A stretch of 41,675 bases of DNA from Planctomycetota bacterium (GCA_044225365.1 JBGAIQ010000049.1:1-41675); one strand, 5' to 3'; positions 27,874-37,135 are shown, counted from the first letter of the stretch. Notes: a model not told the origin generated them from the letters alone. Made by a program: numbers and translations.

Positions 27874-29202
27874 GTGTTGGAGTCGATGAGGTTGATCCTC
27901 GAGCCTGGTTCATCACGTGCCGACCTGAGCGTTGCGCTCGGACTCTGCTTCGGCACCGCCATCACGAGCTTCCTGTTCTCAGCGGCGCGCTACGGCATCG
28001 AATCCGTTTCGCGCAGCAAGCTGCTGAAGCTCGTCCCCGCCGAAGGCGACCAACGTCGCTTCGAGCGCTATTTCGAGTCGCTCGACCGCTCCCTCGTCGG
28101 CGCTCTGCTCGTCATGCTCCTGTCCGACTCGCTGTTCGGACTCTCACTCTATGTTCTGATTCGGTCGCTGCTTCCGCCCGAGTGGGCCACCGCCGGGATC
28201 TTCCTCACGGCGGCGTTGGTGTCGATCTATCTCGTCCTCTGCGCGCGGATCCTCGCTCGCACCCTCGTCGAGCCCGACGCCGAACGGTTGGTCGTACGGA
28301 TCCTGCCCTTCCTCCATGGCCTCGGACTGCTGCTCAGTCCCCTGACGGGCCCCATCGCCAAGTTCCGGCGGCGGCTCTCGGAAGCGTTCGGCGAGACCGA
28401 CAAGGAAGGCAAGGACGAGGCGTTCACCGAGGAACTGAAGGCGACGCTCGAAGAGGGCGAACGCGAAGGCATCGTCGCCCAGGACGAAGCCGCGATCATC
28501 GAGAACGTCGTCGAGTTCCGCGATCTCGACGTCCGCCAGGTCATGACGCCGCGAACCGATGTCGATTGGGTCGAGGCGACATCGACCGTCCAGGAAGCGC
28601 TGCGCCTCGCCTCCGAGAAGGGCCATGCGCGACTCCTCGTCGGCGAATCCGACAGCGACCACGTCGTCGGCATCTTCTACGTCCGCGACATCCTCGATCG
28701 GATCGACGACCTGCCGAAGATCCTCTCCGAACCGGTGAAGACGGTCTGCCGCGAGGCGCGCTTCGTCCCCGAGACGAAGCATCTCGTCGAACTCCTGAAG
28801 GAATTCCGCCAGACCAAGACGCAGATCGCGGTCGTGCTCGATGAGTATGGCGGCACCGCGGGACTCGTCACCGTTTCCGACGTGTTCGAGGCGATCGTCG
28901 GGGAATTCCACGACGAGCACGACCCCGAGGAGCAGAAGCCCTCGCTCGAGGTCGTCGGCGCCGATCATGCGGTCGTCGACGGCCGCGAACGCATCGACAC
29001 GGTGAACGACGCCCTGCACATCGAACTCCCCGAGAGCGAGGGCGTCGACACGATCGGCGGCCTCGTCTTCTCGACCCTCGGCCGAGTCCCGCAGCGCGGT
29101 GAGACCCTCAATCTCGACGGCGTCGAGATCAAGGTTCTCGAAGCCGAGGAACGCCGTGTGAAGCGCGTCGAGATCCGCGTGCTGACGAGAGGAACGTCAT
29201 AA
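27874..29202 (+). CDS. Hemolysin-family CNNM/CBS/CorC protein (Mg2+/Co2+ efflux-related)
   Basis: N-terminal TM (DUF21-like), [32 protein letters not shown] and CorC domain [15 protein letters not shown]. Start 27874 or 27886. Confidence 0.9.
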   Translation: MLESMRLILEPGSSRADLSVALGLCFGTAITSFLFSAARYGIESVSRSKLLKLVPAEGDQRRFERYFESLDRSLVGALLVMLLSDSLFGLSLYVLIRSLLPPEWATAGIFLTAALVSIYLVLCARILARTLVEPDAERLVVRILPFLHGLGLLLSPLTGPIAKFRRRLSEAFGETDKEGKDEAFTEELKATLEEGEREGIVAQDEAAIIENVVEFRDLDVRQVMTPRTDVDWVEATSTVQEALRLASEKGHARLLVGESDSDHVVGIFYVRDILDRIDDLPKILSEPVKTVCREARFVPETKHLVELLKEFRQTKTQIAVVLDEYGGTAGLVTVSDVFEAIVGEFHDEHDPEEQKPSLEVVGADHAVVDGRERIDTVNDALHIELPESEGVDTIGGLVFSTLGRVPQRGETLNLDGVEIKVLEAEERRVKRVEIRVLTRGTS

Positions 29203-29209
29203 GAAGTGC

Positions 29210-29442
29210 GCTCAGGCCGCGGGGCCGTCCTGGCGTTCGCACGCCAGCCGTGCGGGCACTGTGTTGGTGTTGCCTGCGGCGGCGGAGTGAGAGCGCTCTA
29301 CGGGGTGTGCGCGAGGGGAGCTCCGTTCGACTCCGCGCGCGGAGGACCGCGCATGCTTCGCGAACGGACTCCCGCTCGCGCTTCCCTCTGGGAGCGTATG
29401 GGGGAAGAGAATGTCAATAAGGAGCGCCGGGCTGCGCCCGGC
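29210..29442. repeat. Left arm of 233-bp inverted repeat
   Basis: Ungapped reverse complement of 30996-31228 with 6 mismatches counted by eye. Inner end is REP-like GGAGCGCCGGGCTGCGCCCGGC. Confidence 0.95.
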
Positions 29443-29523
29443 GACAAGGGATGGCGATCGTGATCGAACACCCGTCGAACCGGCATCGAAGGGGCGTCGC
29501 GGCGAGGGATGTCAGGAGATCGA

Positions 29524-30804
29524 TCACTTCACGATGCGCAATTCGACTTTCGCCGTTTCGCCGTCGGTGAGTTTCAGGAACGGGCTGAAGTTCGAATCGT
29601 GCGTCGCGAGTGCGTGGCCGTCGGCGCAGACATCGATCTGACGCACCGGCTTCTCGTCGTAGTACAGGATCGAGTAGAGGCCGGAGGGAAGTGGGCCCGC
29701 TCGAAAGGACCCGTCGTACTCGAGGAAGTACCACTCCGCGCCGAGCAACGATGAGCTTCCGATCTCTACGTGCGCCGCTCGACGATACCCGTCGAACTTG
29801 GATCGCCGGACTCCGTCCTCGACGACAAATCCCTCGATGAATGCACCTCGCTCCAAATGGAGCTCGATGGGCATGTCCCATGAGCGATCGAGGAGGATGT
29901 TCTGGAACAACGGCGGACGTCGCCCCTTCCAAACGCCGATGCACGCGTTGCCGAACGGCAGGTCGGAGAAACGTGCGATGCCAGCGGCGTCTGTAGTATC
30001 CCGGCCCACTTCCCAGCGCGGTCCCGACGACCCTGTTACGGGCTCGGACGACCATGCAATGCCGACGACAGCGTCCTCCACCGCATTTCCATCCGCATCG
30101 AGTACATGGGCGCTGAGGGAGAAAGCGCTCTTCATCGCCGAAAGCAGTTCCGCGGGTCGCGGAGGATCGGGCGGCGGACGCCGTGTCGTCGGTTTCGCGG
30201 GCGGACTGAAATCGCGCGGCGATGCCAGCACGAGATCGATTTCGCGCTCGTTCATTATCGGCACGACGAGTTGATTCGCCTGCAGCTTGTCCGTGCGCGC
30301 GTCCACTCGTACGTCTTTGTCGAAGATGCCGCCGAGCGAGAACCTTCCCGATGCGTCCGACTTGGCGAAGACTCGATTCGCGTGGTTGAACGCCACGACT
30401 TCGGCGCCGACGATCGGATTCCCCTTCTCGTCCACGACCCGACCCTTTACCCACGGTTCGACACGCTCGACGAGAAGATCGCCGACATCGTCGATTCCGC
30501 TTTCGCGGGTCCGGATCGTGCGACTCCACAGGAGAATCTTTCCGTCGGGCAACACTCCGGACACGATGGTCGTGTAACCGATACGATCGAGCGGGCCGAG
30601 CCGAAAGCGCCCATCCTCGCCCGTCGTCACCGACAGGCGGTCGATCCATTGCTCGCCCGGCTCGAAGTCCGCGAGTTCGATCTTCAGCGCAGCGACGGGC
30701 TTGCCCTCGGCGTCCACCGCGCGACCCGTGACGATGAGCGGAGTCGTCTCCCAGCGCTGGTCGAGCCACAAGAGCGCCATCAGAAAGATCGATGCGATTC
30801 CCAT
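29524..30804 (-). CDS. Carboxypeptidase-regulatory-like (Cna-B/prealbumin-like) repeat protein, exported or membrane anchored
   Basis: Repeats VTGRAVDAEGKPVAA, VKGRVVDEKGNPIVGAEV and HVLDADGNAVEDAVV, each followed by T..DGRF-like motifs. N-terminal hydrophobic segment and AGGAGG RBS. Confidence 0.85.
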   Translation of the reverse strand: MGIASIFLMALLWLDQRWETTPLIVTGRAVDAEGKPVAALKIELADFEPGEQWIDRLSVTTGEDGRFRLGPLDRIGYTTIVSGVLPDGKILLWSRTIRTRESGIDDVGDLLVERVEPWVKGRVVDEKGNPIVGAEVVAFNHANRVFAKSDASGRFSLGGIFDKDVRVDARTDKLQANQLVVPIMNEREIDLVLASPRDFSPPAKPTTRRPPPDPPRPAELLSAMKSAFSLSAHVLDADGNAVEDAVVGIAWSSEPVTGSSGPRWEVGRDTTDAAGIARFSDLPFGNACIGVWKGRRPPLFQNILLDRSWDMPIELHLERGAFIEGFVVEDGVRRSKFDGYRRAAHVEIGSSSLLGAEWYFLEYDGSFRAGPLPSGLYSILYYDEKPVRQIDVCADGHALATHDSNFSPFLKLTDGETAKVELRIVK

Positions 30805-30864
30805 TCCTTCGTCCTCCTGTGATGCCGGACCGCGCGATCGTTGCCGATTCGCACGGCGAGGATG

Positions 30865-30870
30865 ATCATA
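30865..30870 (-). promoter_or_regulatory. Candidate -10 (TATGAT) for the cargo gene
   Basis: TATGAT on the minus strand about 60 nt upstream of ATG 30804. Confidence 0.35.
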
Positions 30871-30923
30871 GAAGATGCTCGGACTCCTGTGGGTAACGAG
30901 CGCGTAGGGAGATATGCGAACGC

Positions 30924-31017
30924 AATGCTCCTACGCAATTCGAGGCCGGGCAGAGCCCGGCGGTCCGAAGAGGAAATGCTCCTACGCAATTCGAGGCCGG
31001 GCGGAGCCCGGCGCTCC
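30924..31017. repeat. Direct repeat (43 bp, 51-bp period) carrying family-B REP-like palindromes
   Basis: AATGCTCCTACGCAATTCGAGGCCGGGC(A/G)GAGCCCGGCG(G/C)TCC at 30924 and 30975. Confidence 0.9.
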
Positions 31018-31228
31018 TTATTGACATTCTCTTCCCCCATACGCTCCTAGAGGGAAGCGCGAGCGGGAGTCCGTTCGCGAAGCATGCGCGGTCCGCCGCG
31101 CGCGGAGTCGAACGGAGCTCCCCTCGCGCACACCCCTTAGAGCGCTCTCACTCCGCCGCCGCAGGCAACACCAACACAGTGCCCGCACGGCTGGCGGGCG
31201 AACGCCAGGACGGCCCCGCGGCCCGAGC
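30996..31228. repeat. Right arm of 233-bp inverted repeat
   Basis: Reverse complement of 29210-29442. Confidence 0.95.
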
Positions 31229-31311
31229 CATATGGGGGCCAGTTCGCGGCCCGAGCGAAAGGCCCGCGCGGCCTGAGCACAATTCCCCCGGCGGCGCGGC
31301 CTGAGCGCACT
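31217..31311. repeat. Four copies of the 12-mer CGCGGCC(C/T)GAGC with unrelated 16/10/16-nt spacers
   Basis: Copies at 31217, 31245, 31267 and 31295. The last extends to GCACT, the inverse of AGTGCGCTCAGGCCGCG at 29205. Confidence 0.8.
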
Positions 31312-31317
31312 CTCTTC

Positions 31318-32607
31318 TCAACTAAACTTCGTAACGCCCGGCACGGCGATCTCGCACTTGGGCGCGGCGCCCCAGGCGTACGACTTCAGCGAGAGATCCT
31401 CCTGGGAGTTCATGGCCTGCTCCCAGGTGATGACCTGGCCGGTGTAGGCGGCCATGCGGCCCATGATCGCCATGAGCGTGCTGTTGCACATGTAGTCCGT
31501 GTTGTCGATCACGCGGCCTTCGCGGATGGCCTTGAAGAGCTCGATGTGCTCGTTGGTGTACATGTCATCGGCTTCGCCGTCCTTGCCGCGGTAGCGCCAC
31601 TTCTTGTCGCCCTGGATCTCGTGCTCCTGGATGTTGCACTTGCCCTTGGTGCCGAACACCCAATCGGAGACGTCGGTCGCGGAGCCGTACCACTGACGGC
31701 ACGAGCTGAAGCCCTTGATGCCGCTCTTCCACTCGTACACGGTGTTGAAGTGGTCGTACACGTTGCCGAACTTCTCTTCGGTGCGCTGGACGCGACCGCC
31801 GCTCGACACCGCCTTCACCGGATAATCGTTCATCGCCCAGGCGAGCTTGTCGAGGCTGTGGATGTGCTGCTCGGCGATGTGGTCGCCCGAGAGCCATGTG
31901 AAGTACAGCCAATTGCGGATCTGGAACTCGAGATCGCTCCACGCCGGCTGATGGCCGCGATGCCAGAGGTTGCCCGCGTTGTACGTCGTCTGCATCGCGA
32001 CGAAGTCGCCGATCGCTCCGTCCTGGATGCGATGGATCGTCTCCTGCTTCGCGTGCTGGTAGCGGTAGCAGAGGCCGGAGACGACGCACTTGCCGTTCGC
32101 CGCGGCCTTGTGGCCCGCCTCGCGCACTCGACGCACGCCCGGGGCGTCGGTCGCGATCGGTTTCTCGACGAACATGTGCACGCCCTTCGACAGGCCGTAC
32201 TCGACCTGCATCGGGCGGAAGTGCGGCGTCGTCGCGAAGATCACGACATCGCACGAATCGACGACCTTCTGATAGGCGTCGAAGCCGACGAAGCAGTGAT
32301 CCTTGTCGACCTTCACCCGCGAGCCGATGCTCGCGTCGGTCTGCAGCGCCTTCAGTGCGTTGGTGAGATGATCCTCGAACGTGTCGCCGAGAGCGACGAG
32401 CTCGGTGTTCGGATCCGCCGTGAGTGCGTTGACCGCGGCTCCCGAACCGCGACCGCCGCAACCGACGAGACCGACACGCAAGACGTCGCGATGCGTCGTG
32501 TGCGCCGGAGTCGCGGAAGCGAGCGAGGTGAGACTCGCCGCGGCGATCGCAGCGGTCGAGGCCTTCACGAAGTCGCGGCGATTCGTGGCTTCATTCGAGT
32601 TCAACAT
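31318..32607 (-). CDS. Tat-exported Gfo/Idh/MocA family oxidoreductase
   Basis: NRRDFVK Tat motif, VGLVGCGGRGSGA, HMFVEKPIA and WLSGDHIAEQHIHSLD. Confidence 0.92.
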   Translation of the reverse strand: MLNSNEATNRRDFVKASTAAIAAASLTSLASATPAHTTHRDVLRVGLVGCGGRGSGAAVNALTADPNTELVALGDTFEDHLTNALKALQTDASIGSRVKVDKDHCFVGFDAYQKVVDSCDVVIFATTPHFRPMQVEYGLSKGVHMFVEKPIATDAPGVRRVREAGHKAAANGKCVVSGLCYRYQHAKQETIHRIQDGAIGDFVAMQTTYNAGNLWHRGHQPAWSDLEFQIRNWLYFTWLSGDHIAEQHIHSLDKLAWAMNDYPVKAVSSGGRVQRTEEKFGNVYDHFNTVYEWKSGIKGFSSCRQWYGSATDVSDWVFGTKGKCNIQEHEIQGDKKWRYRGKDGEADDMYTNEHIELFKAIREGRVIDNTDYMCNSTLMAIMGRMAAYTGQVITWEQAMNSQEDLSLKSYAWGAAPKCEIAVPGVTKFS

Positions 32608-32673
32608 GGGGCGTCGGCTCCGAGTCGAGATCGGGAGGATGGGCCGGGTGGGGTTCACCGGATCGAAGGGGCG

Positions 32674-33735
32674 CTACTGTAGCAAGTGCTCGTGGAATCC
32701 TGGAGAGTCCACGACGTCCGGAACGCCCTTGGCGTCGAGGGTCACGATTCGCGCGACGGCGCCGCGCTTCTCGAGGACGTTCCGCGTACGTTCGCCATCG
32801 CCGAGGACGCAGCACGTCGTCGCGAGGACGTCGGCGTCGATCGCCCGCTTCGCGATGACCGTGGCCGCGATTCGTCGAGTGAGGCCGAGGCCGGTCTTCG
32901 GGTCGAGGATGTGGGAGTAGCGGACGCCGTCGATGGTGATCGACTTGAAGCCATCCCCCGAAGTGGTGATTGCCTCGTTCGAAACGAGGATCTGTGCCTT
33001 GCCGAGCCCGTTCGATGTCATGTCGTCGACCGCGATCTTCCAACCCGGCTCACTCGGTGGCGGATCGCCGACGAGGACGTCGCCGCCACCGTCGATGAGG
33101 AAGCGATCGATGCCGCGCGCGCGCAGTCCCTTCGCGACGTCGTCGAGCGTGTACCCGACCGCGATCCCTCCGAGGTCGAGGCGCATGCCGCGCGCGAGCA
33201 GGCGCGCCGAATGCTCCGCGGGATCGAGTACCAGGAGGCCGTTCCCGAAGGCCGCGCGCGCCTGATCGAGCCGCTCCTTCGTCGGCAGTTCGCCTTGCCG
33301 CTTCGCGCGACGCCAGAGCTGGGAGAACACGCCGATCGTGACGTCGAACGCGCCGTCGGAATCGGCGCAGATCGCCTTGCTCTCGCGGAGGACTTCGTAC
33401 AGTTCGTCACTGAGAGGTCGATTCGGAGTCGGCGCCCGCTCGCGTGCGAGTTCGGAGAGGCGCGAGACCTCCGAGAGCGGTTCGTAGTCGGAGAAGATCT
33501 GGTTCAGGTCCGCGACGCGCCGGAACAGTTCGTCCGACGCCTCGAGAGCCGTCTGTCCGTCCGTCGTGTACAACAAGAGACGAAAGGAAGTCCCCATCTG
33601 CTTCGACTCGAACTCGAAGCGCTGGAGCTTCTGCGACGCGCATCCCGCGAGAGCGAAGGCGCAGAGCATGCACGAGAGGAGTCGCAGGACGCTCCGTGCG
33701 ATCGCGTTCAGTCCGTCAGAAGTCGGTGCGGTCAT
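32674..33735 (-). CDS. apbE: FAD:protein FMN transferase (ApbE family lipoprotein)
   Basis: Lipobox LAGC, MGTSF, GAFDVTIG, LDLGGIAVGY, DGGGDV, TTSGD and RYSHILDPKTG. Confidence 0.92.
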   Translation of the reverse strand: MTAPTSDGLNAIARSVLRLLSCMLCAFALAGCASQKLQRFEFESKQMGTSFRLLLYTTDGQTALEASDELFRRVADLNQIFSDYEPLSEVSRLSELARERAPTPNRPLSDELYEVLRESKAICADSDGAFDVTIGVFSQLWRRAKRQGELPTKERLDQARAAFGNGLLVLDPAEHSARLLARGMRLDLGGIAVGYTLDDVAKGLRARGIDRFLIDGGGDVLVGDPPPSEPGWKIAVDDMTSNGLGKAQILVSNEAITTSGDGFKSITIDGVRYSHILDPKTGLGLTRRIAATVIAKRAIDADVLATTCCVLGDGERTRNVLEKRGAVARIVTLDAKGVPDVVDSPGFHEHLLQ

Positions 33736-33803
33736 CAAGGCAGGCAGATGCTACAGTCTCCTCCCCTCGCGACGGCCCTCGTTGGAACGAACGACTTCGT
33801 GAT

Positions 33804-34973
33804 ATGAAGAGCTGCATCTCGACCCTCGCCTGCATCTCCACCGTACTCGCCGTCCCGTTCGTCACGGTGACCATCGTTCATCGCGCCCACGCGCAGGACG
33901 AAGCGAAATCGGTCTACGCCGAGATGCCTCCCGGCTCCCCTCCCGGCAACGACGTGAAGGACGCGGCCGCGAACTCCGCTGCCGAGATGAAGCCCTACTC
34001 GGAAAAGATCACGGGCACGAGTGTCACGTTCGACATGGTCCCGATCCCGTGCACGGACGGAACGGGCGGCGGCCGTTTCGTGATGGGAAGCCCCGGCACC
34101 GAGGAAGGGCGCAAGGAGGACGAAGGCCCGCAGCACGAGGTGCAGGTCTCGCCGTTCTGGATCGGGAAGTTCGAGGTGACCTGGGACGAGTATCAGCAGT
34201 TCCAGTACAAGCTCGACCTGCAGGAGCGGAATCAAACGGGAAAGAAGTCGGAAGCGCAGGATGCCTGGGCCGATGCCGTGTCCCGCCCCACGCCCCCGTA
34301 CGTGCCGATGGACTTCGGAATGGGCGTGAAGGGCTGTCCCGCGGTCTGCATGACGCAATTCGCCGCGCGCCACTACACCAAGTGGCTGTCGATGAAGACG
34401 GGCCGCTTCTATCGTCTCGCCACCGAAGCCGAGTGGGAATATGCCTGTCGCGCCGGAACGACGACCGCGTACTCGTTCGGCGACGATGCGTCGAAGCTCG
34501 ACGAGTACGGCTGGTTCTACGACAACGCGGACGGCAAGTACCGCGCGGTGGGACAGAAGAAGCCGAATCCGTGGGGCCTGTACGACATGCACGGCAACGT
34601 CGCGGAATGGGTGATCGACAAGTACGACGCCGCGTTCTACGCCACGTTCCAGAGCAACGAGAAGGGGAAGCCCATCCTCGATCCGATCTGCTGGCCCGAC
34701 GACGTATATCCGCAGATCGTGCGCGGCGGATCGTTCGACGACGATCCGGACCGCTTGCGGAGCGCCGCGCGCCGCGGCTCGAGCAAGGCGTGGAAGGTCC
34801 AAGATCCTCAGATCCCGAAGAGCATCTGGTATCTCACCGATGCGCGCTTCGTGGGTCTTCGTGTGGTGCGTCCGCTCGTTGAACCGGCTCCTGAAGTGAA
34901 GGCGAGATACTGGGAGCCCGACGTGGACGAGATTCGGCAGATCCTCGCCAGGCAACGGAAAGGTGGCCGCTGA
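33804..34973 (+). CDS. SUMF1/FGE-sulfatase domain protein (EgtB/PvdO-like fold), secreted
   Basis: FVMGSP..E..EGPQHEV, FEVTWDEY, YRLATEAEWEYACRAG, KPNPWGLYDMHGNVAEW and RGGSF. Signal peptide ending AHA. Confidence 0.92.
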   Translation: MKSCISTLACISTVLAVPFVTVTIVHRAHAQDEAKSVYAEMPPGSPPGNDVKDAAANSAAEMKPYSEKITGTSVTFDMVPIPCTDGTGGGRFVMGSPGTEEGRKEDEGPQHEVQVSPFWIGKFEVTWDEYQQFQYKLDLQERNQTGKKSEAQDAWADAVSRPTPPYVPMDFGMGVKGCPAVCMTQFAARHYTKWLSMKTGRFYRLATEAEWEYACRAGTTTAYSFGDDASKLDEYGWFYDNADGKYRAVGQKKPNPWGLYDMHGNVAEWVIDKYDAAFYATFQSNEKGKPILDPICWPDDVYPQIVRGGSFDDDPDRLRSAARRGSSKAWKVQDPQIPKSIWYLTDARFVGLRVVRPLVEPAPEVKARYWEPDVDEIRQILARQRKGGR

Positions 34974-36325
34974 TGCAATCCAGTCCCCTCGCCCAACAGG
35001 GTTCGCACGACGGACGCGATGGAGTCGACTCCGCGCGAAGGAACTTCCTGAAGACGAGCGCGGCCGCGATGCTCGCGGCGCCCTTCCTCGATCTCGCGAC
35101 GGCCCGCACCGCTCGCGCCTCCGCCGCGGGGGACGCCGAACTCAAGATCGCGCTCATCGGCTGCGGCGGACGCGGCGCCGGCGCGGCGTCGCAGGCCTTG
35201 TCGACCGCAGGGAAGACGAAGCTCCATGCCGTCGCCGACGCCTTCGAGGACCGACTGAACGACACGCTGAACAACCTCGCCGGGTCGTTCAAGGACAAGG
35301 TCGACGTGCCGAAGGAGCGCCGCTTCACCGGCTTCGACGCCTATCAGAAGGCGATCGACTCCGGCGTCGACGTCGTCATCCTCACGACTCCGCCCGGCTT
35401 TCGTCCGATCCACTTCGAATACGCGGTGAAGCAGAACAAGCACATCTTCACCGAGAAGCCGGTCGCCGTCGACGGCCCGGGCATCCGCCAATTCCTCGCA
35501 GCGGCGGCCGAGGCGAAGGCGAAGAATCTCAAGGTCGGCGTCGGCCTCCAGCGGCATCACCAGCCGATGTACGTGGAGACCGTGAAGCGCATCCACGAAG
35601 GTGCGATCGGCGATCTCGTCCTGCTGCGCACGTACTGGAACAGCTCGGGCGTATGGGTGCGGCCGCGTCAGCCGGGTCAGACCGAGATGGAGTACCAGAT
35701 GCGCAACTGGTACTACTTCAATTGGCTCTGCGGCGACCACATCGTCGAGCAGCACATCCACAACCTCGACGTCGCGAATTGGGTGATGCAGGATCATCCC
35801 GCCGTCGCGCAGGGTCAGGGTGGCCGTCAGGTCCGCACGGGGATCGACCACGGCGAGATCTACGACCATCACTTCGTCGAGTTCACCTATAAGAACGGCA
35901 CGAAGCTCCTCTCGCAGTGCCGCCACATCCCGGGCTGCGTCGAGGACGTCTCGGAACACGCGCATGGAACACTCGGTTACTCCGACCTCGCGAACGGCCG
36001 CATCCAGCTCCGCGCGGGTGGGAAGGACTGGCGTTACAAGGGTGACGGCGGCGACCCGTATCAGAACGAGCACGATCATCTGTTCGACGCGATCCGCAAC
36101 GACGAGCCGTACGACGAGACGCTCTACGGTGCGCATTCGTCGCTCACGGCGATCATGGGCCGCATGGCGACCTACTCGGGCCAACCGGTCACGTGGGAGC
36201 AGGCGCTCAACTCCGAAGTGAAGTTCCGCCCGACGGCCTACGACTTCAAGGCGGACCCGCCGACGAAGCCCGACGCGAACGGGCGCTACGTGATCGCCAT
36301 GCCGGGTCAGACCAAGTCGTTCTGA
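34973..36325 (+). CDS. Tat-exported Gfo/Idh/MocA family oxidoreductase
   Basis: ARRNFLK Tat motif, IALIGCGGRGAGA, HIFTEKPVA and WLCGDHIVEQHIHNLD. TGATG coupling to the upstream gene. Confidence 0.92.
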   Translation: MQSSPLAQQGSHDGRDGVDSARRNFLKTSAAAMLAAPFLDLATARTARASAAGDAELKIALIGCGGRGAGAASQALSTAGKTKLHAVADAFEDRLNDTLNNLAGSFKDKVDVPKERRFTGFDAYQKAIDSGVDVVILTTPPGFRPIHFEYAVKQNKHIFTEKPVAVDGPGIRQFLAAAAEAKAKNLKVGVGLQRHHQPMYVETVKRIHEGAIGDLVLLRTYWNSSGVWVRPRQPGQTEMEYQMRNWYYFNWLCGDHIVEQHIHNLDVANWVMQDHPAVAQGQGGRQVRTGIDHGEIYDHHFVEFTYKNGTKLLSQCRHIPGCVEDVSEHAHGTLGYSDLANGRIQLRAGGKDWRYKGDGGDPYQNEHDHLFDAIRNDEPYDETLYGAHSSLTAIMGRMATYSGQPVTWEQALNSEVKFRPTAYDFKADPPTKPDANGRYVIAMPGQTKSF

Positions 36326-36344
36326 CCGCTTCGGGATTCCCAGG

Positions 36345-36383
36345 AACGTCTCCCGCCCGTAGGATGCGCCGGCGGGAGACGTT
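36345..36383 (+). terminator. Stem-loop after the Gfo gene (possible terminator or REP-like hairpin)
   Basis: AACGTCTCCCGCC-loop-GGCGGGAGACGTT, a 13-bp perfect stem followed by a weak U-tract. Confidence 0.55.
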
Positions 36384-36417
36384 TCGTTCATCCTCCCCTA
36401 TTCTCCAGAGAAGGTTC

Positions 36418-36921
36418 ATGAAACTGCTGAAGCCCACGATCACTCTCCTTACCGGTCTCGCCGTCTGTTTCGCGTTCGTCGTTCACAGCGACGGACAGGT
36501 CGCTCCGACTTCGAAGGACGATCCGGCGGCTCAAGAAGGCGGTGGCCAGAAGGGCGGCAAACGGCACGAGGAATCGCCGCTCGAGCAGAACATGAAGAAG
36601 CTGAATGGCGGACTGAAGCGTTTGCGCCGCGACATCAAGGACGCGACGAAGAACGAGACCTCGCTCGCGACGATCCTCGACATGGAGAACGCGATCCAGG
36701 CGTGCAAGTCGATCGCCCCCCCACTCGCGGCCAAGAAGCCCGAAGCCGACCGGCCAAAGTTCATCGCCGAGTACCGCAAGACGCTGATCAGCGTCGAGAA
36801 GGACCTCCTCGACGTGGAGAGCGCACTCCTCGACGGCGACAACGCCAAGGCCGGCGAGTCGCTGAAGAAGGTCGCGACGGCCGAGGATCCGGCACACGAG
36901 AAGTTCGCCGAAGGCGGCTGA
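36418..36921 (+). CDS. Cytochrome b562-like periplasmic four-helix protein
   Basis: Signal peptide. LEQNMKKLNGGLK parallels E. coli b562 LEDNMETLNDNLK (axial Met) and PAHEKF parallels AYHQKY (axial His). The PP turn is conserved. Confidence 0.8.
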   Translation: MKLLKPTITLLTGLAVCFAFVVHSDGQVAPTSKDDPAAQEGGGQKGGKRHEESPLEQNMKKLNGGLKRLRRDIKDATKNETSLATILDMENAIQACKSIAPPLAAKKPEADRPKFIAEYRKTLISVEKDLLDVESALLDGDNAKAGESLKKVATAEDPAHEKFAEGG

Positions 36922-37135
36922 TCCGGACGCGATCGACGTCATCTTGCGGCGCATCCGCCGCCCGTTCCCTCGGGCAGCGCATGCGCCCCTCTTGTTCTTC
37001 GGATCCGGTTCGTTCGAATTCCGACGATCACGCCCACACCGAGAAGACGCGGTACATCTTCTCCAACACCCTTCACACGAGGCACGTTTCAATCCGCGGC
37101 ACGCGGAGTCGCTCGCGACGACTCCCGCGAGATCC

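Noticed and set aside
29206-31050. Small ORFs sharing MGEENVNKERRA (29206-29463, 30780-31040) and their antisense partners
   Set aside because: They are translations of the inverted-repeat arms and diverge immediately outside the repeat. A short peptide cannot be fully excluded.
33804-34973. True formylglycine-generating enzyme acting with the sulfotransferases or sulfatases
   Set aside because: The catalytic Cys pair is absent and no sulfatase is in the window. Called FGE-fold only.
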